From Tubiluchus corallicola (Eukaryota > Animalia > Priapulida), in assembly GCA_030141605.1 (NCBI GenBank), contig JAQGDQ010000113.1, positions 62,001 to 126,000 of the forward strand: a DNA stretch of 64,000 nucleotides, given 5' to 3'. Both the position numbers and the translations under genes were made by a program. The stretch's first letter is position 1. Every line of letters begins with the position of its first letter. Below the pieces are notes generated by a model. It was not told the origin of the DNA. It saw only the letters and a program-made list of their open reading frames with translations, and did not search any database. Below, piece after piece: positions 1-12,496 of this stretch.

Positions 1-2453
1 CTTACCAACACCTGATGATATTTTTTTCAAAATTGCACGGTGGCAAGGTGTTTTCAAAAATTAACTTGTCAAATGCATAGCAAGAGTTGGAATTGCCAGA
101 AGAGTCAAAGTCCTTGCTCACCATTAGCACGCACATCGGGCTCTTTCAGTATAATCGTCTTCCATATGATATCAAGACTGCCCCAGCCATATTTCAAAAA
201 GTGATGGATCAAATATTGGCAGGGATAGATGGTGTAATGTCGTATCAAGATGATGTGCTTGTGAGCACTGATAGTATTTTAGTATATTGTCAGGTGTATT
301 TGATACATTGGAAAAATACAATGAAAAGCTAATAAGGATAAATGTAAATTTATGACTCCGCCTATTGACTACTTAGGTCATGCAATAGATAAAGATGATA
401 GACATCCTAAGGCAGATAAGGTTGAAGCCACTTGGGCTGCTAAAACTCCTAAAAATGTGTCCGAGTTAAGAGCTTATTTGGGTATGCTTAACCTCTACGG
501 TAAATTTTTACCAAATTTATCTACTGTATTGTATCCACTGCTTAAACGCGATGTAAAATGGAAATGGTCTGATGAGTGTGTTGAAGCATTCAAAAATTCA
601 AGAGTTATTACCCAATAATTATGATCTTTCCAAGCCTATTAAACTTGCTTGCGATGCATCCCCATTTGTGGTGGCTTGCTTTTTGTCTATAAAACTTCCT
701 GATGGCACTTAAAAACCGGTAGCTTACGCTAGTAGAAATTATGCTCATTGCGAAAAGGAGGCTCTATCCATTGTGTACGGTGTTAAATACTTTCATAAAT
801 ACCTATATGGAAGGAAATTTCATCTAATAATAGACCACAAAACACCCTTGAAAATCTTTGGACCAAAAACAGGCGTACCCACCCTAGCAGCTCTTCGCTT
901 ACAAAGATGTCACTCATATTAATGGCTTATGATTACACTATTGTCTACAAAAAGGGTGCAGATGACTGTAACTGTGAAACCTTAACTAAATTTCCTAATC
1001 CATCAGCACCACCAGAAGTAGCGGAGTTACCAATAAACTATTTTACTTATGTTAATGAACTTTCTGTGACAGCCAAAGAGATTGAATCTGAAACAAGGAA
1101 AGACCCTATTCTTTCTTAAGTGTGGCACTATATGATGAACACACATTCATGATACGGATTTAACTCCTAACTTTCGTAGGAGAGATGAACTATCTGCAGA
1201 TCAAGGTTGTATTCAGCGGGGTGTATGTGTGGTAGTACCACCAAAGTTCCGTGAACGAATCTTAAAAAGGAACTTCATTCTGAACACCTTGGCATTGTTA
1301 GCACAAAAGCATTGGCAAGAAATTGTCTCTGGCACCCTTCAATTGACTACGATATCGAGATGATGATTGGTAATTGCAATATTTGCTAAACAATGAGGAA
1401 CGATCCAGCCCTATCACCTTTGTTTCCATGGAAGCAAGCTTTAGCCCCATGGGATCGCATTCACATTGATTTCGCGACATTAAAGGACAAGGGCTACCTA
1501 ATATTGATCGATTCCTACTCTAAGTGGTTAGAGGTCTTTATGATGAACTCCATGACTTCTCAGAGAACAATTGATGTTCTACACAGTGTTTTGCACGTGA
1601 GGGTCTACCAAAGGAATTGTTCTCGGACAACGGCCCACAGTTTACGTCCTCGGAGTTAACCGATTTCATACAGAATAATGGCATGAAGCACACACGAGTG
1701 CCGGCATACCATGCACGTTCTAATGGAGCTGCAGAACGCAGTGCCCAGATTGCAAAGCGAGCTTTGAAGAAGCACATGCTGATGAAAGAAGCTGGTGAAA
1801 TTAGTGACACCAGAAGGCTGGATAACTTCTTGTTCAATAATCGCACAACTCCTCACTCAGTGACTGGAAGGTCACCTGCAGAACTGTTTCGTAAAAGACA
1901 GTTGCGAACCAGGCCATCAATGCTTAGACCAGATCTCTACAGCAAAGTTAGTGACAGTCAAGCTAAACAGAACGCTTACCACGACATTAACCCTCCTGCA
2001 AAATTTAGAGAATTTAGTGAGAAGGAAAAAGCTATGGTAAAGAATGTCTTGGGTAAGATAATTGCACGGAAAGGGCAACTCACGTACTTGCGCAGAGTTG
2101 GTAGTCAAGTGAGATTCTGTCACGTTGATCATCTGTTAAAATGCGGAAAATTTGAGACCCAGGAACCCATTTCCATCTCCTTTCGAGCTGCAGGCTCTTC
2201 ACCCTATCCTGTCATTGCACTGCCACCCACAACAAATCCTTCAGCAAATATACAGGAGACCAATGCTCCGAGAGAAACTGGTGATCACACCCAATCTCCT
2301 AATCAGACTTCTGATAACGCTTCTTGCAATCCTGCTAATTCAGTAAATGTTGGAAATTCAATTGCAAATAACTCTTTTGATTCTGGCAATGCTCTCAGAA
2401 GAAATCCTGTAAGAATAAGAAATGCACCTAAGCGTCTTATTACTGAAATGTAG
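1..2453 (+). pseudogene. Degraded Ty3/Gypsy pol (RT-RNaseH-integrase), 5' part outside the window
   Basis: Consecutive broken ORFs carry RT motifs (GLFQYNRLPYDIKTAPAIFQ, YQDD, YLGH), RNase H (LACDAS at ~643-660) and integrase motifs (WDRIHIDFA, SDNGPQF, YHARSNGAAER). The C-terminal tail is RRNPVRIRNAPKRL. Many stops and frameshifts. Confidence 0.95.
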
Positions 2454-2693
2454 TGCATTTATTGAAGTGAAATTTGAATGTTTCTTCTATATGTCTAGAA
2501 TTTGTTTATGTGCTTGACTGTGCACAAATTGTGCTAACTAAGTTGAACATTTATTGGTTGATATGGATAATTTCTTATGGTTTGAATTTAGCCATGAACC
2601 TAATGTGTTCACACTTTGGATTTTTGTAGTTGCAGTACGAACCTGCTCAGTTGAATGTCTTAAGTTTATAGTTCTTAAATAAGTGGGGAGGGA

Positions 2694-2848
2694 TGTAGAG
2701 TATTGTACTATGGTTTGAACTTCATTTGATCTATGGGTATGATAATACCATAGCAGTGCGTTGATAATACTGTATTTCAATAAACAGCTTTCTGAGATTA
2801 CCACTAAATGTCTGCTTTTTTTTAAATGATCTGTCAGAAAACATAACA
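2694..2848 (+). mobile_element. 3' LTR of the degraded Gypsy element
   Basis: Polypurine tract AAGTGGGGAGGGA (2681-2693) is immediately followed by TGTAG. AATAAA at ~2779; ends ATAACA at 2848. The 5' LTR is outside the window, so the 3' boundary is inferred. Confidence 0.7.
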
Positions 2849-2973
2849 GCATAGGAATTTATAAAACCTACAAATCGATTCAGTAAACGTTAGTTCAACA
2901 TTTCTATCGTTAGATTGCTGTTGATGCACAGTCACTGTTAAAATTTGGATTTCTGTCTGTAAACGTCTTAACA

Positions 2974-3837
2974 TTGTATTATAACAGCTATGCTAAGATT
3001 TGTCAATCAGGCTTTTCTGTGTCTGCTTATTCGCAAAACGTTCCGCCTATGTCACTCAAATCTGTTGACATCACAGTTATAATGAAACTGTTACAGAATG
3101 TACAAGAAGATCTGAAAGAACTCAAGTCTAATTCAGTCTCGCGAAATGAGCTTAATCAACTACTGGCACATAAAACAGATTCACAAGCCATTGGTAATTC
3201 TAACAGGAATGAAATTCATCAAAATCAACGACCAAAAGGAAAAAGCTATTCAGCAGCTGTGGGGCAAACGAGCCAGGCTAACTCAGTGGAAGATGTACAA
3301 AGAGGTGACATTAAGTCAAGCGGCATAAGTGATGACGGATTCACTGTTGTGAACTACTCTAAACAACGGAAAAAAGCACCAAAACTTCGTAGTTCTAAAC
3401 GCACTATCACAGGGACAGCTACGGGAAAAGATGTGCTCATCAAAACCAGTAAGCCTGTAAGACGAATTTTTGCAACTCGCTTGCATCCCAGCACGACGGA
3501 GGAGAACATCGAGCAACTGCTTCTAGATAATGTTGATTTTAATGTTAAGGTGGAGAAACTGAAAACTAGGTATGACACATATACATCATTTGTGATAACG
3601 TGCTACGGCAACGAGGAATCAGATCAGATTATGAAGCCAGAAGTGTGGCCTGCAGGTGTACTTGTAAAGCCTTTTTACACCTCTGCCAATAAGAGAAGCC
3701 AGAGCAATGGCAATGATGCTAAATCTTCAGTGACATTGAACGCTAGACCACTTGCATCAAATAATTCGCAAGTCATTCACCGGTTATGGTCGTCTCGTGA
3801 ATCTTTAGTCAGTAACGCTGGCTCGAATAACGAGTAA
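2974..3837 (+). CDS. LINE ORF1 (RTE-X-like), probably 5'-truncated
   Basis: VPPMSLKSVDITVIMK followed by a coiled coil, GFTVVNYSK, and an RRM-like C-terminus (IFATRLHP...YTSFVI...WPAGVLVKPF). Stop is 7 nt before the ORF2 ATG. The ORF opens on TTG, not ATG. Confidence 0.8.
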   Translation: MYYNSYAKICQSGFSVSAYSQNVPPMSLKSVDITVIMKLLQNVQEDLKELKSNSVSRNELNQLLAHKTDSQAIGNSNRNEIHQNQRPKGKSYSAAVGQTSQANSVEDVQRGDIKSSGISDDGFTVVNYSKQRKKAPKLRSSKRTITGTATGKDVLIKTSKPVRRIFATRLHPSTTEENIEQLLLDNVDFNVKVEKLKTRYDTYTSFVITCYGNEESDQIMKPEVWPAGVLVKPFYTSANKRSQSNGNDAKSSVTLNARPLASNNSQVIHRLWSSRESLVSNAGSNNE

Positions 3838-3844
3838 ACCGTTT

Positions 3845-6769
3845 ATGGAGCGAAACTGCACTCAAATATCCTCACTTAGAATAGTGAGTTACAATTGTAA
3901 CTCGATCAAAAATCCTGAATCACTAGTAGTGTTAAAAGAACTCTGTAATCGCAGTGACATCGTGTTTCTTCAAGAAACGATGCTTCCAGTTCAAGAACTT
4001 GACTATTTGGCAACAGTTGATCCAGATTTTCATGGAAGAGGGATCTCACCTACAGATCTGTCTGGTGGACTTCTGAAAGGACGACCGCAGGGTGGTTTAG
4101 CTGTGCTCTGGAGAAAAACACTTCCGGGTGAATATAAGATTATTACACATGAAAATGACTTAAATATTTTAGGTTTTTCAGCTCACCTGCCTGATAATCT
4201 GATGCCAATTATGTTTGTGAATGTTTACTTTCCATATGAATGTGATGACAATCTAGATGATTTTAGATTGTGTTTAGGAAAATTAAATGCTTTCATTGAA
4301 ATGTCAGCCACTGGTTACGTATGTTGCATAGGAGATTTTAACTCACACATTACAAGACAGTTTTATAGAGAACTGGAAGCATTGTGCTCAGCTAATAAGT
4401 ATAATATTTCTGATATGCTCAGCTTGCCAGCTGATACCTTTACATATGTGAGTGCTGCACATCAAACTTGCTCTTGGTTAGACCACATAATTTATACTGA
4501 AACAATGCATGTCATTGTTAGTAATATATTTGTTGATTACAATTTAACTAACTGTGATCATATGCCTGTAGGTGCTCAGATCAATGTTGACCTTGTGCTG
4601 GCCGGTCCTATTAATGATAGTGTTATTACAGTAGATGATTTGCTAAATACTGACAATGTAATCTTCTCTAAACCTGGGCAGCATAGATATAATGTTGACT
4701 GGGATAACGCCAATGAAGGTCAGTCATCCAATTACCGGCACTGTACACATACTGCTTTACTAGGTATAGCGATGCCGTACAACGCTCTACTTTGTAATAA
4801 TGTGTACTGTGAAAACGAACAACACCAAAATAACCTAACTAAACTGTATGAAGACATAACTGACGTACTAAAAGTTTCAGCCACTATCAGTATTCCAGGA
4901 AAGCAACCTGGGTCTAATAACTGTCAGGGTAAGAGGATACCTGGTTGGAATGACTACGTTGCAGATAGTCATAAATATTCTCGCCAGTGTTTCCTTGCAT
5001 GGCGTATAAATGGTAAGCCACGTAATGGTTACTTAGCTGATGAAATGCGCCGTTCTCGAGCTATGTTTAAACGCGCATTGCGTGAGTGCAAACGCAATGA
5101 GAAACGTATTGCTGATAAGTTGGCTTATAAACTTATGCATTGTAACCCTTATGAATTTTGGACATCTATTAAAAAAGAAGCTAATTCTAAACTTCCTCTT
5201 TCTCCACAAGTTGGTGAGTCAAAAGGGGAAAAGGAAATTTGTGCAATGTGGGATAATCATTATAAAAATTTGTTAAATTCAGTTGACAACAAAGGTCTTA
5301 ACGCGCGTATAAAACATGTTCTGAGCCATAGTATAACGCCCATTAATGCATTTACAGTTTTTGAAGTGCAAGAGGCAATTGATAGGCTTGCCTTACATAA
5401 ATCAGCTGGTCCAGACGGACTTAAAGGAGAACATTTCCGTAATTCATCCCACTTGCTGCCAATCATGTTGGCGCTGCTATTCACGTCCTGTGTAACACAC
5501 GGTTACTTGCCTCATTCGTTAATGTTATCTATACTAGTACCTCTCGTTAAAGACAAAAATGGGGATATTACAGACAAGAACAACTATAGGCCTATCGCTC
5601 TTTCATCTGTAGGAAGCAAAGTTATAGAAATATTGCTTCTAAATCGTTACAGTTCTTGTTTGAGTACCACGCCAAACCAGTTTGGTTTTGTTGAAAACTT
5701 AGGCACAGAGATGTGCATCCATACTTCAAAAGAGGTGCTTGACTATTACATTAGTCGACAAAGCACTGTACATATTCTGTTTATTGACGCATCAAAAGCG
5801 TTCGATAGAGTAAACTCTCTCAAACTGTTCCTAAACCTTGTCAATACTAACCTACCAAATGTAGTAATTAGACTTTTGCTTTTTTATTACACGGAACAAC
5901 GTATGTTGGTTAGATGGGGTAAATTTAACTCTGATAGTTTTGCAGTAGGTAACGGAATTCGTCAAGGTGAAAAAATGTCTCCACTGTTATTTAACTTCTA
6001 TTTTAAAAATCTTAGTGCTGCACTTATTAACTCTGGTGTGGGTTGTCATATTGCTGAAGCCTGCATTAATCACTTGATGTACGCTGATGACATATGTCTT
6101 TTAGTAACAACCTCGACGGCTTTGCAGAGACTACTAGATATTTTTAATAAATTTGCTAAAGAATATGATATCCTTGTAAATGTGAATAAGACTAAACTTG
6201 TCACGTTTCGCTCCGCCCACATGCAGCAGTTTACTTTTGGGTCTGTTATTTTGCAGTGTAAAAGTTTTGTACGTAGCAAAAAGGAAAAATACCTGGGTCA
6301 TATTTTATCAGATGACAATAGAAATGATTTAGATATATTACGACAATGTTCAATTTACTATGGCAGAGCAAATAAATTACTCATGAAATTTACTCACTGT
6401 TCAGTTAACGTGAAGAGACAATTGTTTAATGCTTACTGCACTACTTTTTATTGTATGTCCACTTGGAGACATTTTTATTCTTACAATCTTAGCAAACTCA
6501 AGGTTGCATATAATGTATCAACACGGAAGCTATTTAACTTTTCATATGATACGAGCGCAAGATATATTTTTACTAGACTTAATATTATTTATTTTGATGT
6601 TATTCACAGAAAATGTGCATACAGTTTATACGTCAGGCTAAATAAGAGTGAAAATTTTATATGCAAGAACATTTTAACAGTGATGCAAACTTTACTTCTG
6701 CAATTAGATGTCATTGGCGTAGTTTCTTATATAGTTAATTGTTATTTGTGTTATTGTTGTGTTTCATGA
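3845..6769 (+). CDS. LINE ORF2: APE endonuclease plus reverse transcriptase (RTE-X-like)
   Basis: APE motifs SYNCNS, FLQET, GDFN, LDHI, CDH. Linker IPGWNDYV. RT motifs NYRPIAL, QFGF, DASKAFDRV, GIRQG, YADD, KYLG. 974 aa open. Confidence 0.95.
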   Translation: MERNCTQISSLRIVSYNCNSIKNPESLVVLKELCNRSDIVFLQETMLPVQELDYLATVDPDFHGRGISPTDLSGGLLKGRPQGGLAVLWRKTLPGEYKIITHENDLNILGFSAHLPDNLMPIMFVNVYFPYECDDNLDDFRLCLGKLNAFIEMSATGYVCCIGDFNSHITRQFYRELEALCSANKYNISDMLSLPADTFTYVSAAHQTCSWLDHIIYTETMHVIVSNIFVDYNLTNCDHMPVGAQINVDLVLAGPINDSVITVDDLLNTDNVIFSKPGQHRYNVDWDNANEGQSSNYRHCTHTALLGIAMPYNALLCNNVYCENEQHQNNLTKLYEDITDVLKVSATISIPGKQPGSNNCQGKRIPGWNDYVADSHKYSRQCFLAWRINGKPRNGYLADEMRRSRAMFKRALRECKRNEKRIADKLAYKLMHCNPYEFWTSIKKEANSKLPLSPQVGESKGEKEICAMWDNHYKNLLNSVDNKGLNARIKHVLSHSITPINAFTVFEVQEAIDRLALHKSAGPDGLKGEHFRNSSHLLPIMLALLFTSCVTHGYLPHSLMLSILVPLVKDKNGDITDKNNYRPIALSSVGSKVIEILLLNRYSSCLSTTPNQFGFVENLGTEMCIHTSKEVLDYYISRQSTVHILFIDASKAFDRVNSLKLFLNLVNTNLPNVVIRLLLFYYTEQRMLVRWGKFNSDSFAVGNGIRQGEKMSPLLFNFYFKNLSAALINSGVGCHIAEACINHLMYADDICLLVTTSTALQRLLDIFNKFAKEYDILVNVNKTKLVTFRSAHMQQFTFGSVILQCKSFVRSKKEKYLGHILSDDNRNDLDILRQCSIYYGRANKLLMKFTHCSVNVKRQLFNAYCTTFYCMSTWRHFYSYNLSKLKVAYNVSTRKLFNFSYDTSARYIFTRLNIIYFDVIHRKCAYSLYVRLNKSENFICKNILTVMQTLLLQLDVIGVVSYIVNCYLCYCCVS

Positions 6770-7047
6770 TTTATTGTATTATTTGTATTAACTTGTGATG
6801 TGTTTATGAACTTTGCGAAGTTTGAAATAAAATATTAAATCTAAATCTAAATCTAAATCTGTATACCAAAGGATATGAAAGTAAAAGTATGTTTATATAA
6901 AAAATAATCTTTGTGGTAGAAACTTCAGCTATGAAATTCATCTATACAGCTGCAAGTCGCAATACGAAAGAGCCAAAGCGAAGCAAAGAAAACGTTTTAA
7001 GCTCATTATAACGATCAACAACTTTAGTTGTTCCACAAAATGCCAAA

Positions 7048-7122
7048 TTTATTAGTTAATCAAATTCGTACTTAGACATGAAGCAACGTCAGTTGCTAGA
7101 AGTGTTACGTTTAGTGTTTATT
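7048..7122 (-). promoter_or_regulatory. Candidate poly(A) signals of the GPCR gene
   Basis: AATAAA on the minus strand at 7117-7122 and 7048-7053, about 450-500 nt past the stop. The background is AT-rich, so this is weak. Confidence 0.35.
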
Positions 7123-7556
7123 TAGTACTTTTTATACACACTGTATACACCCTTGCCCAAACAGAATGTACAATAGGCTGGGCTTTAATGTCCTGCCACG
7201 GGACAGAACAGTACTTGCCCAAGAAACAGAAAAAACAACAATTATTAGTTAATAACCCTACCACCTTAATTATAATAATAATATATGAATATTGTACTGT
7301 TCTGTGGATCTAGGTTAATGTCAAAATCAGACTAGTTGATAAACCTACGTTTACGCAGTGCTACGTTTACATAGCTTAGATACATACAGTTAGTTGTTAC
7401 GTATTGTTACAAATGCAACGGCAACTATGTGTGGTGTATGTTGTATTCTTCGAGTTCATGAACAGAATTGAGCATTGCACTGTTATAATATTACATATAC
7501 AGAGGATTAGTTTTGGTAGTTCACACCAGATGGAGGCACATACTTACTAGTTCTGT

Positions 7557-8764
7557 TCAAATGGTAGATTGAGCTTGATTGACATTCGAGGTAACCGTTA
7601 AAGCTGTCGATTTAACCCTTTCATGCGAGTCCCGATTACAGCAGAGTATTTGCTTCATACTGGTTCGAAACTTTTCTGACAAAAAAGCATAAAGCAGCGG
7701 ATTCAATCCACTATTCATGTACAGGATTAGGTAGGTGATTCGCTCAACAAACATGGCGTGTGACGAAAATGACGTTGACGAAAATGACAAAATTAGCACT
7801 CTGATGTGATAGGGTAACACACACACTGCAAACGCAAGAATCACTACTATTAATAAGCGCACGACCTTTTTCCTAGCCTCCATTACTGTGTCTTCCTTTC
7901 GTTTAGAATTTTTCGAAGTCGCCTGCGAAGGCTGTTTCTTCCGAGACCAACCTTTTATCGACGGGAGTTTGACGTTCAGTTTTGTCTTAGATTTCGACAG
8001 TCTTTCGTCATTAGAGACCTGATTCTGAAGGCTGTTGGAGGTGGTGAGTCCTCCAGAACTCTTGGTGTTGCTGCTGTACAAGACCAGACGCGAGCTACTG
8101 TCTGGCTCGACGTCTATTGTTTCTTCTGGGCGAGAGTTCTTAGCGTTTTCTGCCTTAGCTTTTTCAACTGCATTTCGTTGTTTGTTCAAATTTCGCATTT
8201 CCACATTAACAGCCTGACTCGTAATACTTCGCCAGAGTGTTATCGATATCTTCGTATATATCAGTGATATGACACAGAGTGGTATAACGTACCACACTAT
8301 AAAAGTTGCCAACACGTACCGCTGCATCCTGCTTTTGGACATGATCTTTGGTTTCATGATGCATGAGAAGACATCCTCTATAATCTTTTGGGTGCCGTAC
8401 AGGATCAACTTCGGAATGTTGTTGCAGATGGCCACCACCCAGAGAACAATGGTGACAATAACCAATCTTCCTTTGGTTAGCCATTGGCGACATTTCATTG
8501 GTTTGGTAATGGCTAGATAGCGTTCAACGGATATGACGACTAGAATCAGTATGGAAGCTGTGTAGCTGGTACCGTGTATGAACATGTATATTCGGCACAT
8601 TGCATCACCTAGTGGCCAAACAAACCAGAACATCAGATACATATTTGGGTAGACACAGAAGATACCAACGCACATGTCCGCAAAAGCCAAATTGGCGAGA
8701 AAAAAATTCGTGATGGTTCTCATCTTCTTGTGTCCTAACACGACCAGAATCACCAAGAGGTTGC
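7557..8764 (-). CDS. TrissinR: Trissin receptor-like class A GPCR, coding exon 2 (end of TM1 to stop)
   Basis: Acceptor TTGCAG|GC at 8765/8764. Motifs GNLLVILVV, TNFFLANLAFAD, SYTASILILVVISVERY, ARKKVVRLL, FAVCVLPYH, NSGLNPLLY. TM1-TM3 closely match insect trissin receptors as I recall them. Confidence 0.9.
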
Positions 8765-9037
8765 CTGCAAGATATGAATAGCATTTGTCATAAAGTCGAG
8801 CCAAGATTAAGCATAATAATGTAAATATATCAGGTGGCACAAAAAATGTTGTAGAAGTTTTGATCGCGATAGTATAAGAACAAAATAACATATTCAAATG
8901 GAAATTGCCAAACTGATGTAACAGATAATTTTGTATAAACACCAAAAATTGTAAGTCATTCCTTTACATGTTTCCATGTAAAGATATAGAAGTTTTAAAC
9001 AAGATAAAAGTAAAAAAAAATGTGTGTCGCTACTGCT

Positions 9038-9572
9038 AAAATTTGCAGTAAGTGTTCTATGTGTCCACCATTTTCACTGCAGGCTAGATGAAGGCATTTC
9101 CTCCAACACCTGATACAGTTTCTGACTTCTTAGGCGTATTTCGTCCCAGCACTCAACAAATTTCGTCTTTAATTTCTCGCCTACACTTTCTCTTTAAGGG
9201 AATTCCAGTTACCGTAATCCAAAGGTTTAAGTCCCATTTTTTCGTGGCAACAAATCTTTTTCAGCGCTTTATTTTCTCTGGTGACGACCATGATGTAAAC
9301 TGTCAGATTCCTTTATTGTTTTGCTTTATGTAGTGAGTGCTTTATATCTTGCTGAACGTTTCTGTTTTTTGTTGATGATTAACTGAATTTTTTAGCATGC
9401 AAAAGCTTTTCGGTCATAATTTTAAAAGCGCTAAAACTATAAATTTGTAACTTCCACAACCAAAAGCTAATGTATTGTTATATAATGCCTAAGAAATTTC
9501 AACTTTGTAGATCACTCGCTTCTAATATTATTGTGCTCTAAACTTCAACACATTTTTAGCTCCACTTCATAT
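9038..9572 (-). mobile_element. Tc1/mariner-superfamily deletion derivative in the GPCR intron
   Basis: Inverted-orientation homolog of 34268-34756, sharing blocks such as GTGTTCTATGTGTCCACCATTTT, GCAAAAGCTTTTCGGTCATAA and CACTCGCTTCTAATATTATTGT. Encodes GGHIEHLL, typical of a mariner-like transposase C-terminus. Confidence 0.65.
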
Positions 9573-11917
9573 AAATGCATAATAACTATTGCAATCAATT
9601 CCTGTTTTTAATTAATTGTTTTATTGCTCAAAATTCACTAATTATTTATGTACAAAATAAGTGGTGTTTAATAACAAAAACGTGTTCAGGATTCTTGGGA
9701 TTCAGGATTATTTATCAAACATCAATAATAAGATAATATAGATTATATTATTACCACTTGGTAAAAAAGGGGCTGTGATCCCAGGAGAAAGGGCGTTTAG
9801 ATCAGAACCCCAAAATTATTGGGGTTTTGCTACGGACTCTTTTCTTCGATTTCCATCTAATATTTTCGTTCCTACATTATTACACTGGCAATTACTACAA
9901 CAAATTTATGAAATTAAATTCTTTTATTTAATTGCAAATGAATTTAAAAATTTTATTTCAATGTATCATAAAACTTACATTTTGATAACACATGAATATT
10001 TTTGTTTGGAAGCCAAAATATTAAATGCCGAAGAAGAATAGAGGCCCCTAACGAAATCCTGACAACGTAAACTTCCGTTTGAGCTTTAGTGCTCACTTAT
10101 GGGCCTCTAATGGCAAAAATTTCCCACCGAGAGGGAACTGCCTTGCATTTGGTCATCCCCGTTGCACCAAACTGTGCAAAATTTTCTAGAGCAAAAACGC
10201 GGCCATGATAAAAACTATAATGCTGATGATGTCTGACTAACCAACGGACCAATAATAGAATTCACTATTTGGCTGGTAGGCTGACTAGCGAGGCGGCTAG
10301 CTGGCTGGCTCCTGATTGACCGATTGACTAAATTGTTAGCTTATCTTTGGGCTACCAAGTTTGACTATTTTTACTTACATATTTTTTACTCCTGTCCATA
10401 TTTAATAATACATAAGTATGCTTTGCCCAAATTATTTACTTTAGTTTAAATGCTTTACTTCGCTTCTCTATACTATTTCAGGATAATAAAAATAACCATG
10501 AAAACATCACCACAGAATTTGATGCATTTAGTGAAGCAAACCTAAATCTGGTGTTAATACAGTGTTCACAGACTGTATTCATTTATGATACCCATCTGAA
10601 ATGAGTTCTCACAGCATCATTAAATTTCATTTGCTTGAAGTTGGAGCTTCTATAAACACTGTATCACAAACAAAGTTACTTGTTTTTGTCAAATTTAATT
10701 TCCCTCGCAGTTACGTCGCAATTTCAGTTTCGTTGAAGAAAAACCTTTCCCAGGTTGTGGCGGAAATAAACTCTGGGAATGACCGGAAATAAATCAAATT
10801 GATTTTCATTTATTATCCTGTGGCGACTTTTACAACAAGGTTATAGTTTATGGGTTTTTAGTCATCGGCATACAATATATTTTTGTGGCTTCAACGAGTA
10901 TAAACTAAAAAAGTGTTTGTTTTCACACTTTATACAGGTGCATATAAGCACAATAAAGATGCGAATGGGTCAAAATACCTTTGACATGAGAAACAGCTAA
11001 CTGATGTACTAGCGACTAAAGCAATAGCAGGCCTGATTAGTAAATAGATGTATAACTAGGTTTCAGTCGCTATTTGCCCCTTTGAGGATCTCTTGTAAAT
11101 ACATCATCAGAACATGGGTAAGGCACTTCTGCTAGTTCTTGGTCACATTTTAAAGGATTATACTGGATAAATAACTAGGTCCAGGTCTCATCACGCCATT
11201 AACATTAAATAGCCTTGCCACTCTTTGCTGAATACCAGTATAAAACCATTTAAAAAAGAACAATTTAGTCAACATTTTTGTTCCATTATGTTTTTGTAAC
11301 AGGTGTTGTTACCTCTTATTAAATTAGCAAATTGGTTGTATAGATTTTTCTGAGATATTAGCAAATTGGTTGTATAAGTATTTGCTGAAAGTTTGAATGG
11401 TGAGACCGCTAATTGTTGATTATTTAGGCGTCATCTATAATTTTCAACTATATGATCTTGCTAATGAATCGTTTTTGTTGTTCTGTTAAAAGTAAATTTA
11501 GTTTTAAAATTTAGTACTGAAATTAAATAAACAAAAAATTGCGCATTTCTGATTACCGTCATTAGTGCAACGCAATTAACAATCACACATCGCACTTACA
11601 ACGTAATTATGGCAGCACATCACGCCTAACGGCTGATTAATAGAAGAAAGAGGCACCGACAAATTGCGTGTTAATCAGAATTTGATCCCAGTACCTACCT
11701 GCGCTTTCGTGACACATGCTCTGCACACGAACACACGTCTAACGTACAAACTTCGTTTTGTTTTACCTATGTGATCAGTGGTGCCCCCTCCCCCCATAAT
11801 ACTCGCCTTCTTTTGGCTGGAATTTTGCAGGGATTATTTTGTTCGGCCAGAGTCTTATGTGGTGACTACCTAATGTCCAGTAAAACTACTCTGCACACCA
11901 GGACGTAGTATGTGTTT

Positions 11918-12265
11918 GATCTTATTAATTAACGTCAAGGAGCGTTAAGGAAAATCTTCTGGGACGTCAAGTTGCGTGAAAGCTAGCGCCAATGGCTTCA
12001 TGCATATAATAAGCAAAAATTTTAAAATTTAAACAATGTCGAAAATAAGAAAAGCGTTAAACAGTCACTCTCTACATCACTGCATAATTATGCTAATTAA
12101 CAGGTCCTAGAATTCTTGACGCTATTTAGCTTTTTAGCGCTACTTTTGCTGGTTTTCGCTTGACATACTTAACGCTTTTTGGTATATCCTTGACGCCCTT
12201 GACGTTACTGTGCAACTACTCCTTGACACAGCTTGATGCTCGCTGGCGTTACAATTAAAAAGATC
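11918..12265. mobile_element. Possible MITE with degenerate inverted ends and internal GTCAAG/CTTGAC repeats
   Basis: GATCTTATTAATTAACGTCAAGGAGCG at the left versus GCGTTACAATTAAAAAGATC at the right. The left half has GTCAAG motifs and the right half CTTGAC motifs. Confidence 0.45.
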
Positions 12266-12292
12266 GCTCATCATTGATCCTCAATAGTTTAT

Positions 12293-12400
12293 GAGTCTGA
12301 AAAGACAGTGTCCCTCTGCAGTGTAGTGGTTAGTATAGATGCCTGGAAAGCAAACGTTCTGGGTTCAAGTCCCAGTAGAGTGAAACTCTTTCAGAGTTTC
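12293..12400 (+). repeat. tRNA-derived cassette (family A) in the GPCR intron
   Basis: A box (CAGTGTAGTGG) and B box (GGTTCAAGTCC). Homologous to 39363-39473, including upstream GAGTCTGAAAAG and downstream TTTCAGAGTTTC. Confidence 0.7.
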
Positions 12401-12496
12401 TAATTAAGTGGTGCGTTCGCTTTCTCCCTGGGTTTCTTTCGCATCTGCATTCCAGTGTATATAAGTACTTATTTGTCTTACTTCACGCAGTCTTAC

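Larger units (their letters stand above)
2974..6860 (+). mobile_element. Near full-length non-LTR retrotransposon with (AAATCT)n tail
   Basis: ORF1 plus ORF2, short 3'UTR, AATAAA at ~6826, then four AAATCT units ending at 6860. No TSD found and the 5' boundary is uncertain. Confidence 0.85.

Noticed and set aside
2849-3035. Target-site duplication for the RTE-X-like LINE
   Set aside because: No match to the sequence following the tail (GTATACCAAAGG) was found.
8765-8945. N-terminal 59 aa of the 462-aa ORF in the track
   Set aside because: Intronic read-through starting at a non-ATG codon. The true N-terminus comes from exon 12668-12497 via canonical GT-AG sites.
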